Shown piece by piece: positions 8,112 through 17,635 of a stretch of 64,000 nt of DNA. Location: NCBI GenBank assembly GCA_964429815.1, contig CAYSCM010000001.1, positions 437,705 to 501,704 on the forward strand. The letters are read 5' to 3'. The notes under the pieces were generated by a model. It worked only from the letters and a program-made list of their open reading frames with translations. It was not told the DNA's origin and ran no database searches. Numbering within the stretch: position 1 is the first letter of the stretch; each line of letters starts with the position of its first letter. The position numbers and the translations under genes were made by a program. This stretch comes from an uncultured Candidatus Saccharibacteria bacterium (GTDB taxonomy: Bacteria > Patescibacteriota > Minisyncoccia > Phycocordibacterales > CAYSCM01).

Positions 8112-8855
8112 TTACCGGCGGTACAAATCCGTGTACTTGGTGATTATCTCAAGGGGTGACTTTTCATACCTTGGGTGAAAGAGCATTCGTCCCAAAATAT
8201 GATTCACCACTCGACCGTCCATGAGTGCAATAAGTTCTTCGGGCGTGATGGTATGGATTTGGTCGTCCTCCGCGATCCACGTGACCCACGTCGGGCGAAT
8301 AGCGGGGATCCAAAAGATAACCTTATCGAAGCGAGGCTTTTCGAGCAGTGTCGGCAGATCCCTTCCCGAACAAACAATGTCATTGATACCGGCGTTGACT
8401 GCCTCGGTCGCGAGGAGTTCCACCGCCTCAGCTCGTGTCTCGACCTTGTGAAGTCGTCTGGTCTCAACAAGGGGCTGCGTCGTCGGAACCGTGACTGCAA
8501 TCAGGGTAAGGTCGTGAGCTTTGGCAAGTGCGGCTCGCATCATGTGCTGCCCACCGACGGCAGCGACCGTGAGGTACTTCGCTCCAGCAAAGCGCGCTTT
8601 TTCAACGCGCTCCACCACGTCACTGTCGGCGCCATATCCTTTGTCGTCAACGAACACTCCTAGTGGGTCGAGTGGTCTTGCCGAGTGGATCGCGTTGACA
8701 CCTCCTTTTAGGTTATGAGAGCGAAAGGGTCCGTGGATCTTGATACCCCGAACATGTGGATTCCTCGCGAGTTCAACTGCGAGGTTTTCATGCGTGTCTG
8801 GGAGCGGATGACCCAATCGCTCGTCAAGCGCTGGCCAAATTCTGAGTTCCTGCAT
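8112..8855 (-). CDS. pyrF: orotidine 5'-phosphate decarboxylase (putative)
   Basis: Blocks align by eye with B. subtilis PyrF: PALD (IALD), LTVAAVGGQHMMRAAL (VNVHAAGGKKMMQAAL), TLIAVTVPTT (SLIAVTQLTS), DIVCS (GVVCS) and a C-terminal GR region. The catalytic D-x-K-x-x-D block is atypical (DDKGYGADSD). Confidence 0.55.
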   Translation of the reverse strand: MQELRIWPALDERLGHPLPDTHENLAVELARNPHVRGIKIHGPFRSHNLKGGVNAIHSARPLDPLGVFVDDKGYGADSDVVERVEKARFAGAKYLTVAAVGGQHMMRAALAKAHDLTLIAVTVPTTQPLVETRRLHKVETRAEAVELLATEAVNAGINDIVCSGRDLPTLLEKPRFDKVIFWIPAIRPTWVTWIAEDDQIHTITPEELIALMDGRVVNHILGRMLFHPRYEKSPLEIITKYTDLYRR

Positions 8856-8921
8856 TTCTCACCTCAGATGAACAGAGAATCTCGCGGTATAGTACGCTCC
8901 AAGAAAGGAAATGCAAGTTTG

Positions 8922-9005
8922 TGCCGGGGGAGAGAATCGAACTCTCATGACCGTGAGGTCGCACGATTTTGAGTCGTGTGCGTCTACCAATTCCGCCACC
9001 CCGGC
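8922..9005 (-). tRNA. tRNA-Leu (anticodon CAA), long variable arm
   Basis: The reverse complement folds with acceptor GCCGGGG/CCCCGGC. Anticodon stem CACGA/TCGTG with loop CTCAAAA. Long extra arm. T-loop GTTCGATTC. Confidence 0.8.
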
Positions 9006-9106
9006 AATTGGCTCCAATCTACACCACGCTGGATATTAAAGAAAATTCTTGCCGGCAGCGATAAGTTCGTGTAGATTCGGCGTAGCAGCTCTTAAGGGAG
9101 ATCAAG

Positions 9107-9916
9107 ATGTCAGAGTCACTCACTAAGCGGCTCCGATTCGTGGAGACGTTTCAACGTCAAGCTGAACGAGAAAGTGAGAGGGACGAGTTTCAAATCGGGC
9201 GCCTCAAAGAACAACAGAGGCGGCGCAAGGAACGTGTCTATCAAATCCTTCGTCGCCTGAAGAGCGATCTGTCGACTGGAAGAATCCCGGTTCACAACCG
9301 ATTTCTCGCGTACGCCGCGCAGACGACCCACGCCGAAGGTCTGCACAATATTCCCTATCATTCCGCAGCTCTGAAGGCTCTCCACGGCGACTTATTGAAA
9401 AAGGAAGGGGAGTTGGCACTGGTAGCCACACTCTACATGCCCGAGTACCGACCGAGCGTCATAGTGGGTGTAATTGCTGCCGGCGGGTTACTAATCGGAG
9501 TAAACTCGCGAGGCGATCGCACCTGCTTCATTGATACTTCAAAACTCTCTCTCTGCTTCGGCGAGGAGGCTCATGATATGCCGGACGGACCGATGGCGAT
9601 TGATGTTCCCCTTAGTCCCAGGTGGAGCAAGGATGACGGTCCACGACCTGAAGCGGGGTTTAACTGGCACTTTAAATTTTTCTTGGAGAACCACTTTGGT
9701 TGGCCAAAGCGGCGTGGGATTAAGGCGTTCGTCGCCGAATTACGTCGGGTGTGGTCCGGAGAAGGGATGCCGGAGAAAGGGTCTCAGTACCTTCTTTTGG
9801 GAAATGACGCCATCCGTAAAGCACAATACTTACTACAGCGTAGTGGAGTTGATCTTGGTCAGGTCAAAAAACTTTTTGGAGTCGATCTGAGCAAATCAAT
9901 TTCGGCGGCAGCCTAA
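9107..9916 (+). CDS. hypothetical protein (269 aa)
   Basis: SD AAGGGAG upstream of the start. A terminator hairpin (gcccagtgcgcaagcgctgggc + T5) follows at about 9927-9960. No recognisable domain. Confidence 0.6.
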   Translation: MSESLTKRLRFVETFQRQAERESERDEFQIGRLKEQQRRRKERVYQILRRLKSDLSTGRIPVHNRFLAYAAQTTHAEGLHNIPYHSAALKALHGDLLKKEGELALVATLYMPEYRPSVIVGVIAAGGLLIGVNSRGDRTCFIDTSKLSLCFGEEAHDMPDGPMAIDVPLSPRWSKDDGPRPEAGFNWHFKFFLENHFGWPKRRGIKAFVAELRRVWSGEGMPEKGSQYLLLGNDAIRKAQYLLQRSGVDLGQVKKLFGVDLSKSISAAA

Positions 9917-9968
9917 TTCACCTACAAGCCCAGTGCGCAAGCGCTGGGCTTTTTGTTACAATATCGAA

Positions 9969-10886
9969 ATGACCCCCTACGTCGGAGACTCCATTTTTTG
10001 GGTCGAGCTCGATCGCATCAAGCCCAACCCCTACCAGCCGCGGCGAGAGTTCGACGAGGGGAAACTTTCCGACCTCGCTGAGTCGATACGGCAGTACGGC
10101 GTGTTGCAGCCCATCGTCGTTACGCGCAAAGAGGTCCGCAAGGAGGACGGTGGCATCGTAAGCGAGTACGAGCTCATCGCTGGCGAGCGTAGGCTCCGCG
10201 CCAGCAGGCTTGCTGGCCTTTCCCAAATTCCGGCCATTATTCGCAACGAAGCGGAAAGTGATCGGATGAAGCTCGAGCTCGCCATCATCGAAAATTTGCA
10301 GCGCGAAGACCTCAATCCCATGGACCGCGCTCGCGCGTTCGAGCGCCTCGTGAAGGAATTCGGCTTCAAGCAATCACAGATCGCGGACAAGGTGGCCAAG
10401 AGCCGCGAATATGTCGCCAACACCGTCCGCCTCCTCATGCTTCCCGCGCATATGCAGCAAGCCCTCTCGGAGGGGAAAATGACCGAGGGTCACACGCGGC
10501 CGCTTCTCATGCTTATCGACCGTAAAGACGAGCAGGAGGTCCTTTTCAAGGAAATACTCCTCAAGAAGCTTACCGTGCGCGAGGCGGAGGGTATCGCACG
10601 CCGCATTGCGGTCGACCGCGTCCGCAAGCGCGAGCTAGAGCCGGAACTCATTGAGCTTGAAAAAGCCCTCACCGAGCGTCTTGGCACGCGCGTGAAGATA
10701 GAAAAAAAGGAAGTTGGCGGCAAGCTTGTTATCGACTACTTTGACGCCAAGGACCTCCAGAGCATCGCCGATACGCTTTCGGCTAAAACCAGTTCTTCCG
10801 GTGGGGCGGAACCCGAAGTTCCGATCAATGACAAGCCGGAAAACGAGGAGGACGGCCTCTACTCGATAAAAAACTTCAGCGTTTAG
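9969..10886 (+). CDS. parB: chromosome partitioning protein ParB/Spo0J
   Basis: ParB box GERRLRASRLAGL..IPAI, then the HTH and C-terminal dimerisation region. Start chosen at MTPYVGD because the upstream in-frame ATG lies inside the preceding terminator. Confidence 0.8.
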   Translation: MTPYVGDSIFWVELDRIKPNPYQPRREFDEGKLSDLAESIRQYGVLQPIVVTRKEVRKEDGGIVSEYELIAGERRLRASRLAGLSQIPAIIRNEAESDRMKLELAIIENLQREDLNPMDRARAFERLVKEFGFKQSQIADKVAKSREYVANTVRLLMLPAHMQQALSEGKMTEGHTRPLLMLIDRKDEQEVLFKEILLKKLTVREAEGIARRIAVDRVRKRELEPELIELEKALTERLGTRVKIEKKEVGGKLVIDYFDAKDLQSIADTLSAKTSSSGGAEPEVPINDKPENEEDGLYSIKNFSV

Positions 10887-12471
10887 TCGAGACCTTCCCG
10901 CCCGCGGCTTCTTTACGTGCGATGGCGGCACGGATATGCTTCTGCGCGAACGACGTTTTGGCGACGTCGAGCCATTTGGCGTTCGGATGGGCCGATTCTT
11001 TTGTCATGATTTCGACAATGTCGCCGTTATGAAGAGGGGTGTCGATGGAGACAAGCTTGCCGTTCACCTTGGCACCTGTGAGGTGATCGCCGATGTCGGA
11101 GTGGATGGCGTAAGCAAAGTCGACGGGAGAGGCGCCGATGGGGAGGTCGACGACGTCACCCTTGGGGGTGAAAGCAAAAACGCGGTGGCTGAAAAAGTCG
11201 GTTTTGAGCTTATCCATGAATTCTTTTCCTTGACCTGCTTCGTCCACTCCAGCCAGGTCTTCGACCCATCGGGGCACGGTCGAGATGCTGTACTTCGTAC
11301 GTGATGCATGAGGCAGGTCTTTTTTTGGGTTTGCTTTTGGAGTCACTGCGGTTTTGCGTGAGCCCACGAACGGGATAAGGCTCCGAAGCCAGTTGATGCT
11401 TTGTCGCTCGATCGTCCCGCCCGGCCGCTCTTTGTAGAGAACGTGCGAGGCGATACCATACTCGGCCTCCTGATGCATTTTTTCGGTCCGTATCTGTATC
11501 TCGACAAGGGAGCCATCTCCGGTAAAAACCGTGGTATGGATAGATTGGTAGCCGTTCGGTTTCGGAAACGCGATATAGTCCTTGATCTTGTTTGGAAGCG
11601 GGCGAAAATTGGCGTGCACGATGCCGAGCACTTTGTAGCAATCCTCGACGGAGGGCACAACAATGCGCAGCGCAGCAAGATCGTATATCTTGTCGACATC
11701 CCCATCCTTGCGCTCGAGCTTTCGGTAGAGGCTGTAGAGCCCTTTTATGCGGTAGTCTGTTTTGAAATTCGTGATGCCGCCCGACGCAAGTTTTTTCTTA
11801 AGGTCCTTGAGAACCTTCGCGAGCCGCTCGGTCGTTGGGGTCGCGCGCTCTTTGCGTAGCTTCTCCGTCTCCTCGTACTCTTTTGGTTGAACATATTTAA
11901 ACGAAAGATCCTCAAGCTCGCGACGGAGGAGTCCCATACCGAGCCGATGAGCGATAGGCGCGAATATCTCGAGGGTCTCAAGTGCTATACGCCGCTGTTT
12001 GTCGGAGGGCACATGCTCGAGCGTCTTCATGTTGTGGAGCCGGTCCATGAGCTTGATGAGGAGGACCCTGATGTCCTGTGAGGTCGCGACCATAAGGCGG
12101 CGCAAGCTCTCGGTATGGCGCTCTAGGCCGCGGTACTTGAGATGCCCAAGCTTGGTGACCCCGCGGATAAGGAACAATATTTCATCCCCGAACTCTTTCT
12201 CAATAGTCTCCTCGGTCACCCCGACGTCCTCGATGGTGTCGTGGAGGAGCCCTGCGGAGATGGTGCGTGGACCGAAGCCCAGTTCTGCGAGGCTTTTTGC
12301 GGTTTCGAAAAGGTGGTTGAAGTAAGGCTCCCCGGAGAAGCGCTTATGGTCCTTGTGGGCGTTTTCAGCAAACGAGTAAGCTTTTTCAACGAGTTTTATA
12401 TCCTCGGCGGAGGGGTCGTGCATCAGGGATGTGATGTCTTTGACAGATGCCATGTTTTCTAGTATAGTCAC
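10876..12471 (-). CDS. rel: bifunctional (p)ppGpp synthetase/hydrolase (RelA/SpoT family, short form)
   Basis: HD hydrolase (HLFETA...LLHDTIED), synthetase (RFKTDYRIKGLYSLYRK...YQSIHTTV) and TGS domains. Confidence 0.85.
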   Translation of the reverse strand: MTILENMASVKDITSLMHDPSAEDIKLVEKAYSFAENAHKDHKRFSGEPYFNHLFETAKSLAELGFGPRTISAGLLHDTIEDVGVTEETIEKEFGDEILFLIRGVTKLGHLKYRGLERHTESLRRLMVATSQDIRVLLIKLMDRLHNMKTLEHVPSDKQRRIALETLEIFAPIAHRLGMGLLRRELEDLSFKYVQPKEYEETEKLRKERATPTTERLAKVLKDLKKKLASGGITNFKTDYRIKGLYSLYRKLERKDGDVDKIYDLAALRIVVPSVEDCYKVLGIVHANFRPLPNKIKDYIAFPKPNGYQSIHTTVFTGDGSLVEIQIRTEKMHQEAEYGIASHVLYKERPGGTIERQSINWLRSLIPFVGSRKTAVTPKANPKKDLPHASRTKYSISTVPRWVEDLAGVDEAGQGKEFMDKLKTDFFSHRVFAFTPKGDVVDLPIGASPVDFAYAIHSDIGDHLTGAKVNGKLVSIDTPLHNGDIVEIMTKESAHPNAKWLDVAKTSFAQKHIRAAIARKEAAGGKVSTKR

Positions 12472-12510
12472 TTTCGGAATTTAGGCAAAACAACCTTAAG
12501 GGAGGGCAGT

Positions 12511-12804
12511 ATGCCCCTATGTAAGACGAAGGGGATGAAAACGCCTTTCTCCGCGACGCCCCCCGAGGGCGAGAAGGACGGTGTGCATCCGGCGGAGCTT
12601 CCGGCCAACGCGAATCTCCCAATCGGTCAAACGAGTTTCTCGACCGACAAGGAGTCGATCGAGATAGCTGCACAACGCAGCCTCGTCGAGAACTCCGGGG
12701 GCATCTTCAATGCTCCGACGACCTGTTCATGCCGTCCGCCCAAATCGCGCGTCAGCAAGGACGGCGGCGGCCGCCCGGGGGATACGGAAGACCCCGAATG
12801 CTAA
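12511..12804 (+). CDS. small hypothetical protein (97 aa), possibly a peptide precursor
   Basis: Strong SD AAGGGAGG lies 5 nt upstream of the ATG, and a + strand terminator follows immediately. The gene is embedded between two minus-strand genes. The product is Pro/Gly/Ser-rich with terminal Cys residues. Confidence 0.4.
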   Translation: MPLCKTKGMKTPFSATPPEGEKDGVHPAELPANANLPIGQTSFSTDKESIEIAAQRSLVENSGGIFNAPTTCSCRPPKSRVSKDGGGRPGDTEDPEC

Positions 12805-12822
12805 CTAATAAGCCTCGCACGA

Positions 12823-12860
12823 ACGACCGGTCCAAGGCGCCCGGTCGTTTTCTTTTCGTT
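12823..12860 (+). terminator. rho-independent terminator
   Basis: acgaccgg-tccaaggcgc-ccggtcgt followed by tttcttttcgtt. Confidence 0.55.
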
Positions 12861-12959
12861 CAAAGGGCCACTTCGAGCAAAATAAATCAATCCTTTTGCC
12901 GCCCCTTCGTATCGATCCCGTCGTCGCTTACTGTCCATACTTCCTCTCGCACGCTCCGA

Positions 12960-15131
12960 TCACTCCGCGAGTTTCGAGAGCTTATGTGGGTTGTGCATTT
13001 TGCAGGCTTTATTTGAGCATCTCTCAGGTATCGTTTTCGTGCCTTCCATCATGAGGGAGCCGCACTCTTTACAGATATTGCCGGTCGGACGCGCCTTGAT
13101 GGCGTTCTTGCAATCAGGATAGTTGCTGCAGGAAAAAAACGGTCCAAAACGACCGCGACGCTCCACCATCTCACCCTTGCCGCAGGTGGGGCACTTCACG
13201 CCGGTTGAGTTGAGGAGAGCATCGCGCTTTATGTACTTGCACTTTGGATAGTTGCTGCAAGCGATGAACTTACCGAAGCGTCCTTCGCGCTCGATGAGCT
13301 TTCCATCTTTGCACTGCGGGCAGGGCTCCCCGGTGTCCTTGGGAGGCTCGAGTTCCTTACCCTCCGCTGTGCGCGCGCCCTGGCACTCAGGGAAGCGCGA
13401 GCAGCTCATGAATTTGCCGCCCCGCGAGAGCTTGTAGACCATGGGGCCGTCGCAGATAGGGCAGGGGAATTCCTTCGGCGCGTTCCCGATGTTGGTGAGC
13501 TTTTGTGCCGTTTTGTCCTTACTCTTCACTTCCTTGCGAAAGGGCGTATAGAAATCCCTGAGCGTTTTCTCATAGTCGCGCTTTCCCTCGGCGATCTGAT
13601 CGAGCTCATCCTCCATCTCCGCGGTGAACGTGTCGCTTATGTAGTCGGTAAAATTTTTTTCGAGAAACGTTGAAACGACGTCGCCCACATCCGTGGGGAA
13701 AAGAGTCTTTCCTTCTTTGGTGACGTAGCCGCGGTCCGCGAGTGTCTTCATGATGGACGCGTACGTCGAGGGACGTCCGATCCCGCGCTTCTCGAGCTCC
13801 TTGATGAGCCCCGCTTCGGTGTAGCGGGAGGGCGGCTGCGTTTGCTTTCCTTCAGCATTTGCATCGATAAGCGCGAGCGGCTCACCCCCTGCGACCTTGG
13901 GAACCTCGACGTCCTCGCCGCGCGCCGCTGGGTCTGCCTTGAGCCACCCCTCAAAGAGCACGCGCGAACCAACAACGGAAAAGTCCGGAATTTTTCCCTC
14001 TGAAACATTTGCCGAAATTTTGGTCTTGAGCAGTTTCGCATCCGCCATTTGAGAGCTTATGGCTCTCTGCCAGATGAGGCGGTAGAGCTTTTTCTGCTCC
14101 TCGGTCGAGCCGGCGTTTCTGACGTTCGGATTGCTCGGTCGGATGGCCTCGTGCGCTTCCTGGGCAGATTTGCTCTTGGTCTTGTAGACGCGACTCTCCG
14201 CGTACTCTTTGCCGTACTCCTTCTCTACTATAGAGAGCATAGTGCGGCGGGCTCCCTCGGATAGATTCGTGCTATCAGTGCGCATGTAGGTTATGTGACC
14301 CGCCTCATAGAGTTTTTGGGCTATGGACATCGTGCGAGAAGGGGCGAATCCGAGTCGGCTGGAGGCGGATTGCTGAAGCGTTGAGGTTGTATAGGGGGCT
14401 CGCGCCGAGCGCTTCGTCTCGCTCTCCGAGACCTCGGTAACGCTCCACGAGCCCGTACGGACGATTTTGAGAATGCGTTCTACCTCCTTCTCGTCTCGCG
14501 GCTCTTCCTCGCAAATAAGGGTGAGCGCGTCGCCCTTCTTGGTTTTGACGTTCACGGTAAGCACCCAAAAATTTTCCGGCACGAATGCGCGTATCTCGCG
14601 CTCGCGCTCCATGAGAATGCGAAGCGCAGGGGACTGGACGCGTCCTGCCGAAAGGCCGTAACGCACCTTCTTCCAAATGAGGCCAGAGAGATCGTACCCA
14701 ACGAGTCTATCAAGGACGCGCCGCGCTTCCTGGGCGCGCTTAAGGTTCTCATCTATGGTGCGGGGGTGTTTCATCGCTTCCTGGACCGCCTCCTCTGTTA
14801 TCTCGTGGAAAACGATGCGTTTCGGCCGCTTGAGCTTGAGCGCCTGTGCAAGATGCCACGCGATGGCCTCACCCTCGCGATCGGGGTCGGTCGCAAGGAC
14901 CACCTCGTCGGCTTTTTCGGCAATGTCGGTGAGCTCGTCGATGACGTGCTGTTTGCCCTTTACGATCTCGTAGTGCGGCACAAAACCGCCCTCGATGTCG
15001 ATGGCTTTTTTGTTGCTCTTCGGAAGATCTCGCACGTGCCCCACGGAGGCTTTGACCGTGTACTTGTTGTCGAGATATTTCGAGATGGTCTTCGCTTTTG
15101 CGGGCGACTCAACTATGAGAAGTTTCGCCAT
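12960..15131 (-). CDS. topA: DNA topoisomerase I
   Basis: TOPRIM N-terminus (LLIVESPAKAKTI, DPDREGEAIAWHL), catalytic-Tyr region and three to four C-terminal C4 zinc ribbons. Confidence 0.9.
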   Translation of the reverse strand: MAKLLIVESPAKAKTISKYLDNKYTVKASVGHVRDLPKSNKKAIDIEGGFVPHYEIVKGKQHVIDELTDIAEKADEVVLATDPDREGEAIAWHLAQALKLKRPKRIVFHEITEEAVQEAMKHPRTIDENLKRAQEARRVLDRLVGYDLSGLIWKKVRYGLSAGRVQSPALRILMEREREIRAFVPENFWVLTVNVKTKKGDALTLICEEEPRDEKEVERILKIVRTGSWSVTEVSESETKRSARAPYTTSTLQQSASSRLGFAPSRTMSIAQKLYEAGHITYMRTDSTNLSEGARRTMLSIVEKEYGKEYAESRVYKTKSKSAQEAHEAIRPSNPNVRNAGSTEEQKKLYRLIWQRAISSQMADAKLLKTKISANVSEGKIPDFSVVGSRVLFEGWLKADPAARGEDVEVPKVAGGEPLALIDANAEGKQTQPPSRYTEAGLIKELEKRGIGRPSTYASIMKTLADRGYVTKEGKTLFPTDVGDVVSTFLEKNFTDYISDTFTAEMEDELDQIAEGKRDYEKTLRDFYTPFRKEVKSKDKTAQKLTNIGNAPKEFPCPICDGPMVYKLSRGGKFMSCSRFPECQGARTAEGKELEPPKDTGEPCPQCKDGKLIEREGRFGKFIACSNYPKCKYIKRDALLNSTGVKCPTCGKGEMVERRGRFGPFFSCSNYPDCKNAIKARPTGNICKECGSLMMEGTKTIPERCSNKACKMHNPHKLSKLAE

Positions 15132-15182
15132 AGTCAAACACTAGTACGTTAGTTCAAATTATTTGTCAAATTCTTCGCTCCC

Positions 15183-16037
15183 TCACGCGCGGCGGATTTC
15201 GCCCATTTCTTCTTTGATAAGACCGCGAAGTTCTAGCCGTGCGAGCGTGACTTGTATCTCGCTAGTGGGTAGCGATAGCGTATCGATAAGTTCATCCCGT
15301 GAGAGGGGATTTTCGAGGCTCGCGAGGATTTTCTGCTCAAGCTCGGAGAGGTTCTCGACGCTCGCCTGTCGCGCTTCACTCTTGAGACCAAGCGCGTCAA
15401 GAATCTCCTCGCTTTTTATCACTGGTGTGGCACCGAGTCGCAGGAGCATGTGCGGTCCAAACGAATTTCCGGAAAAAATAGAACCCGGTACTGTGAGCAC
15501 GTCGCGATTGTAGTCAGTTGCGAGTTTGCTCGTGATGAGCGTTCCTGATTTTTCACTGGCCTCGACGACAAGGACCGCATGGGAAAGTCCGGCCATAATA
15601 CGATTGCGCAGCGGAAACGAGTAGGGAGTTGCCTTAAAATCATCGGGGAAGGGAGAAAGAAGGCAGCCGCCGGCCTTGAGGATGCGCTTCGCGAGGGCGC
15701 GGTTGCTGGCGGGGTAGAGGACGCTCCCGCCAAGTCCGGAGCCGGGCACGGCTACCGTCGTAAGACCCGCCTCCAGAGCTGCCTCGTGAGCGATGGCGTC
15801 TATGCCGAGGGCGAGTCCGGAGACAATAACGATTGGATAGCCGGCAAGTCCCGCGATAAGTTTTTGCACAGCCTGCTTGCCATAGGGGGTGTATTTGCGG
15901 GAGCCGACGACCGCGAGGAATTTATTCTCCGCTTTAGGAAGGGTTCCACGCGCATAGAGCTTCTCGGGTGGATCTGTAATCTCTCGCAAAAGCGGCGGAA
16001 ATTGGGAGGGTTTGAGGACTATGGAGCCGCTATGCAT
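15183..16037 (-). CDS. dprA: DNA processing protein DprA (Smf)
   Basis: Rossmann-like DprA core (VVGSRKYTPYG...IVSGLALGIDAIAHEAAL) and a C-terminal winged-helix region. Confidence 0.8.
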   Translation of the reverse strand: MHSGSIVLKPSQFPPLLREITDPPEKLYARGTLPKAENKFLAVVGSRKYTPYGKQAVQKLIAGLAGYPIVIVSGLALGIDAIAHEAALEAGLTTVAVPGSGLGGSVLYPASNRALAKRILKAGGCLLSPFPDDFKATPYSFPLRNRIMAGLSHAVLVVEASEKSGTLITSKLATDYNRDVLTVPGSIFSGNSFGPHMLLRLGATPVIKSEEILDALGLKSEARQASVENLSELEQKILASLENPLSRDELIDTLSLPTSEIQVTLARLELRGLIKEEMGEIRRA

Positions 16038-16092
16038 ACCGTGATACTACTGTAAAAGAAAACAGGCCGCACGAAGCGACCTGTTCTATCCC

Positions 16093-16296
16093 TTACGCGT
16101 TTAGGGGATCATCGTCGTAGAGCTGTTCGGCTCGCTTACGACTCATTTGGGGATTTGAGAGCATCAGTTGGCCGATGACGTAGGAACGACGTTGCGCCCT
16201 ACGCTCTTCCGGAGTCATCTGGTGCTGCCGTGCGCTCTCGAGGAGTGCATCGAGTGCAGGACGCTTCGGGCTCGAGGGAATACGCATAGGAACCAT
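16093..16296 (-). CDS. small hypothetical protein (67 aa)
   Basis: Begins MVPMRIPSSPKRP with an AAAGG-type SD upstream. It lies divergent from serS. The longer ORF-track version overlaps serS and was rejected. Confidence 0.35.
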   Translation of the reverse strand: MVPMRIPSSPKRPALDALLESARQHQMTPEERRAQRRSYVIGQLMLSNPQMSRKRAEQLYDDDPLNA

Positions 16297-16365
16297 CCTT
16301 TCTGGCCTCACTATACTAGTGAAGCGACGCCTATAAAAATCAAAAAAGCCGGCTATACTGTAGCT

Positions 16366-17634
16366 ATGCTCGATATTAAGTTCATCCGAGAAAACCTTGA
16401 TCTCATCAAAGAAGGAGCTCGCAAAAAGCGCATTAAAGTCGATTTTGACCGGCTGACCTCCGTCGACGATGAGCGCAAAAAACTCCTCGCGGCGGTTGAG
16501 GAAAAACGCAGCAAGCAAAATGCCGCCTCCGAGACCATTACCCGGGCCTCTTCAGGGGACCGAGTTGTTCTCCTTAGCGCTATGAAGGTGCTCAAAGAGG
16601 AGCTTCGAAGGGAGGAGGAAAAGCTCAAAGAGATTATGAAGGAATGGCAAGGGCTCATGGTGCAGGTTCCCAACATTCCGGATATGTCAGTCCCGGAAGG
16701 GGATTCGGATGCAGATAATAAGGAAGTTCGGACTTGGGGAAAGCCAACGAAATTTTCTTTTAAGCCCAAAAGTCACATCGAACTCATGGAGGGGCTCGGG
16801 ATGGTTGACCTCGAGCGCGGCACCAAGGTAGCTGGTTTCCGAGGGTACTTTCTCAAGGGTGCTGGCGTCGAGCTTAACTTTGCTATCTGGAATTTCGTCA
16901 ATGAAATGTTCCGTGCGCGTGGTGACTTCACGCCTATCATCGCGCCCTCACTCGTGAAGCGCGAACCGTTCCTCGGCACCGGGTACCTCCCGCAGAGCGA
17001 GGAAGATCTCTACAAAACGCAAGACGGCGAATACCTCGCGGGTACCGCGGAGGTGGGGGTGATGGGCTACTACATGGACGAGACACTCGAGACAAAAGAC
17101 CTTCCGGTAAAATTTTTCGGTTTTTCCCCATGTTTTCGCCGAGAAGTGGGAAGTCACGGCAAGGACACCAAGGGCATTATGCGGGTCCACGAGTTTTTCA
17201 AGTTCGAACAGGTGGTGCTCTGTGCCGCCTCGCACGAGGAGTCGGTGAAGCACCATGAAGCGCTCACGGAAAATTCTGAGAAGCTTCTTCAGGCGCTCGA
17301 AATACCCTATCACGTCGTCATCAACTGCGGCGGAGACTTAGGGCTCGGCCAGGTGAAAAAGTATGACATCGAGGCGTGGGTGCCCTCGGAAAATAAATAT
17401 CGCGAGACGCACAGCTCCTCCTACTTCCACGATTTCCAGACGCGTCGCCTCAACATCCGCTACCGCGACGAGGAGGGGAAGTTGCGTTTCGCCCACTCGC
17501 TCAACAACACGGCCCTTGCGACCCCGCGCATTCTCATTCCGCTTATTGAAAACAACCAGCAGGAGGATGGCTCCATCATGATCCCGAAAGCGCTCCAGAA
17601 GTATCTTGGCCGCGAAAAAATAGCGGCGACATAG
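16366..17634 (+). CDS. serS: seryl-tRNA synthetase
   Basis: N-terminal coiled-coil arm (MLDIKFIRENL...) and class II core motifs (FRRE, GLGQVKKYDIEAW, TALATPRILI). Start set at MLDIKF. Confidence 0.9.
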   Translation: MLDIKFIRENLDLIKEGARKKRIKVDFDRLTSVDDERKKLLAAVEEKRSKQNAASETITRASSGDRVVLLSAMKVLKEELRREEEKLKEIMKEWQGLMVQVPNIPDMSVPEGDSDADNKEVRTWGKPTKFSFKPKSHIELMEGLGMVDLERGTKVAGFRGYFLKGAGVELNFAIWNFVNEMFRARGDFTPIIAPSLVKREPFLGTGYLPQSEEDLYKTQDGEYLAGTAEVGVMGYYMDETLETKDLPVKFFGFSPCFRREVGSHGKDTKGIMRVHEFFKFEQVVLCAASHEESVKHHEALTENSEKLLQALEIPYHVVINCGGDLGLGQVKKYDIEAWVPSENKYRETHSSSYFHDFQTRRLNIRYRDEEGKLRFAHSLNNTALATPRILIPLIENNQQEDGSIMIPKALQKYLGREKIAAT

Positions 17635-17635
17635 C

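Noticed and set aside
9933-9968. ORF-track start of parB at 9933
   Set aside because: That ATG lies inside the terminator hairpin of the upstream gene. The ParB homology begins at MTPYVGD (9969).
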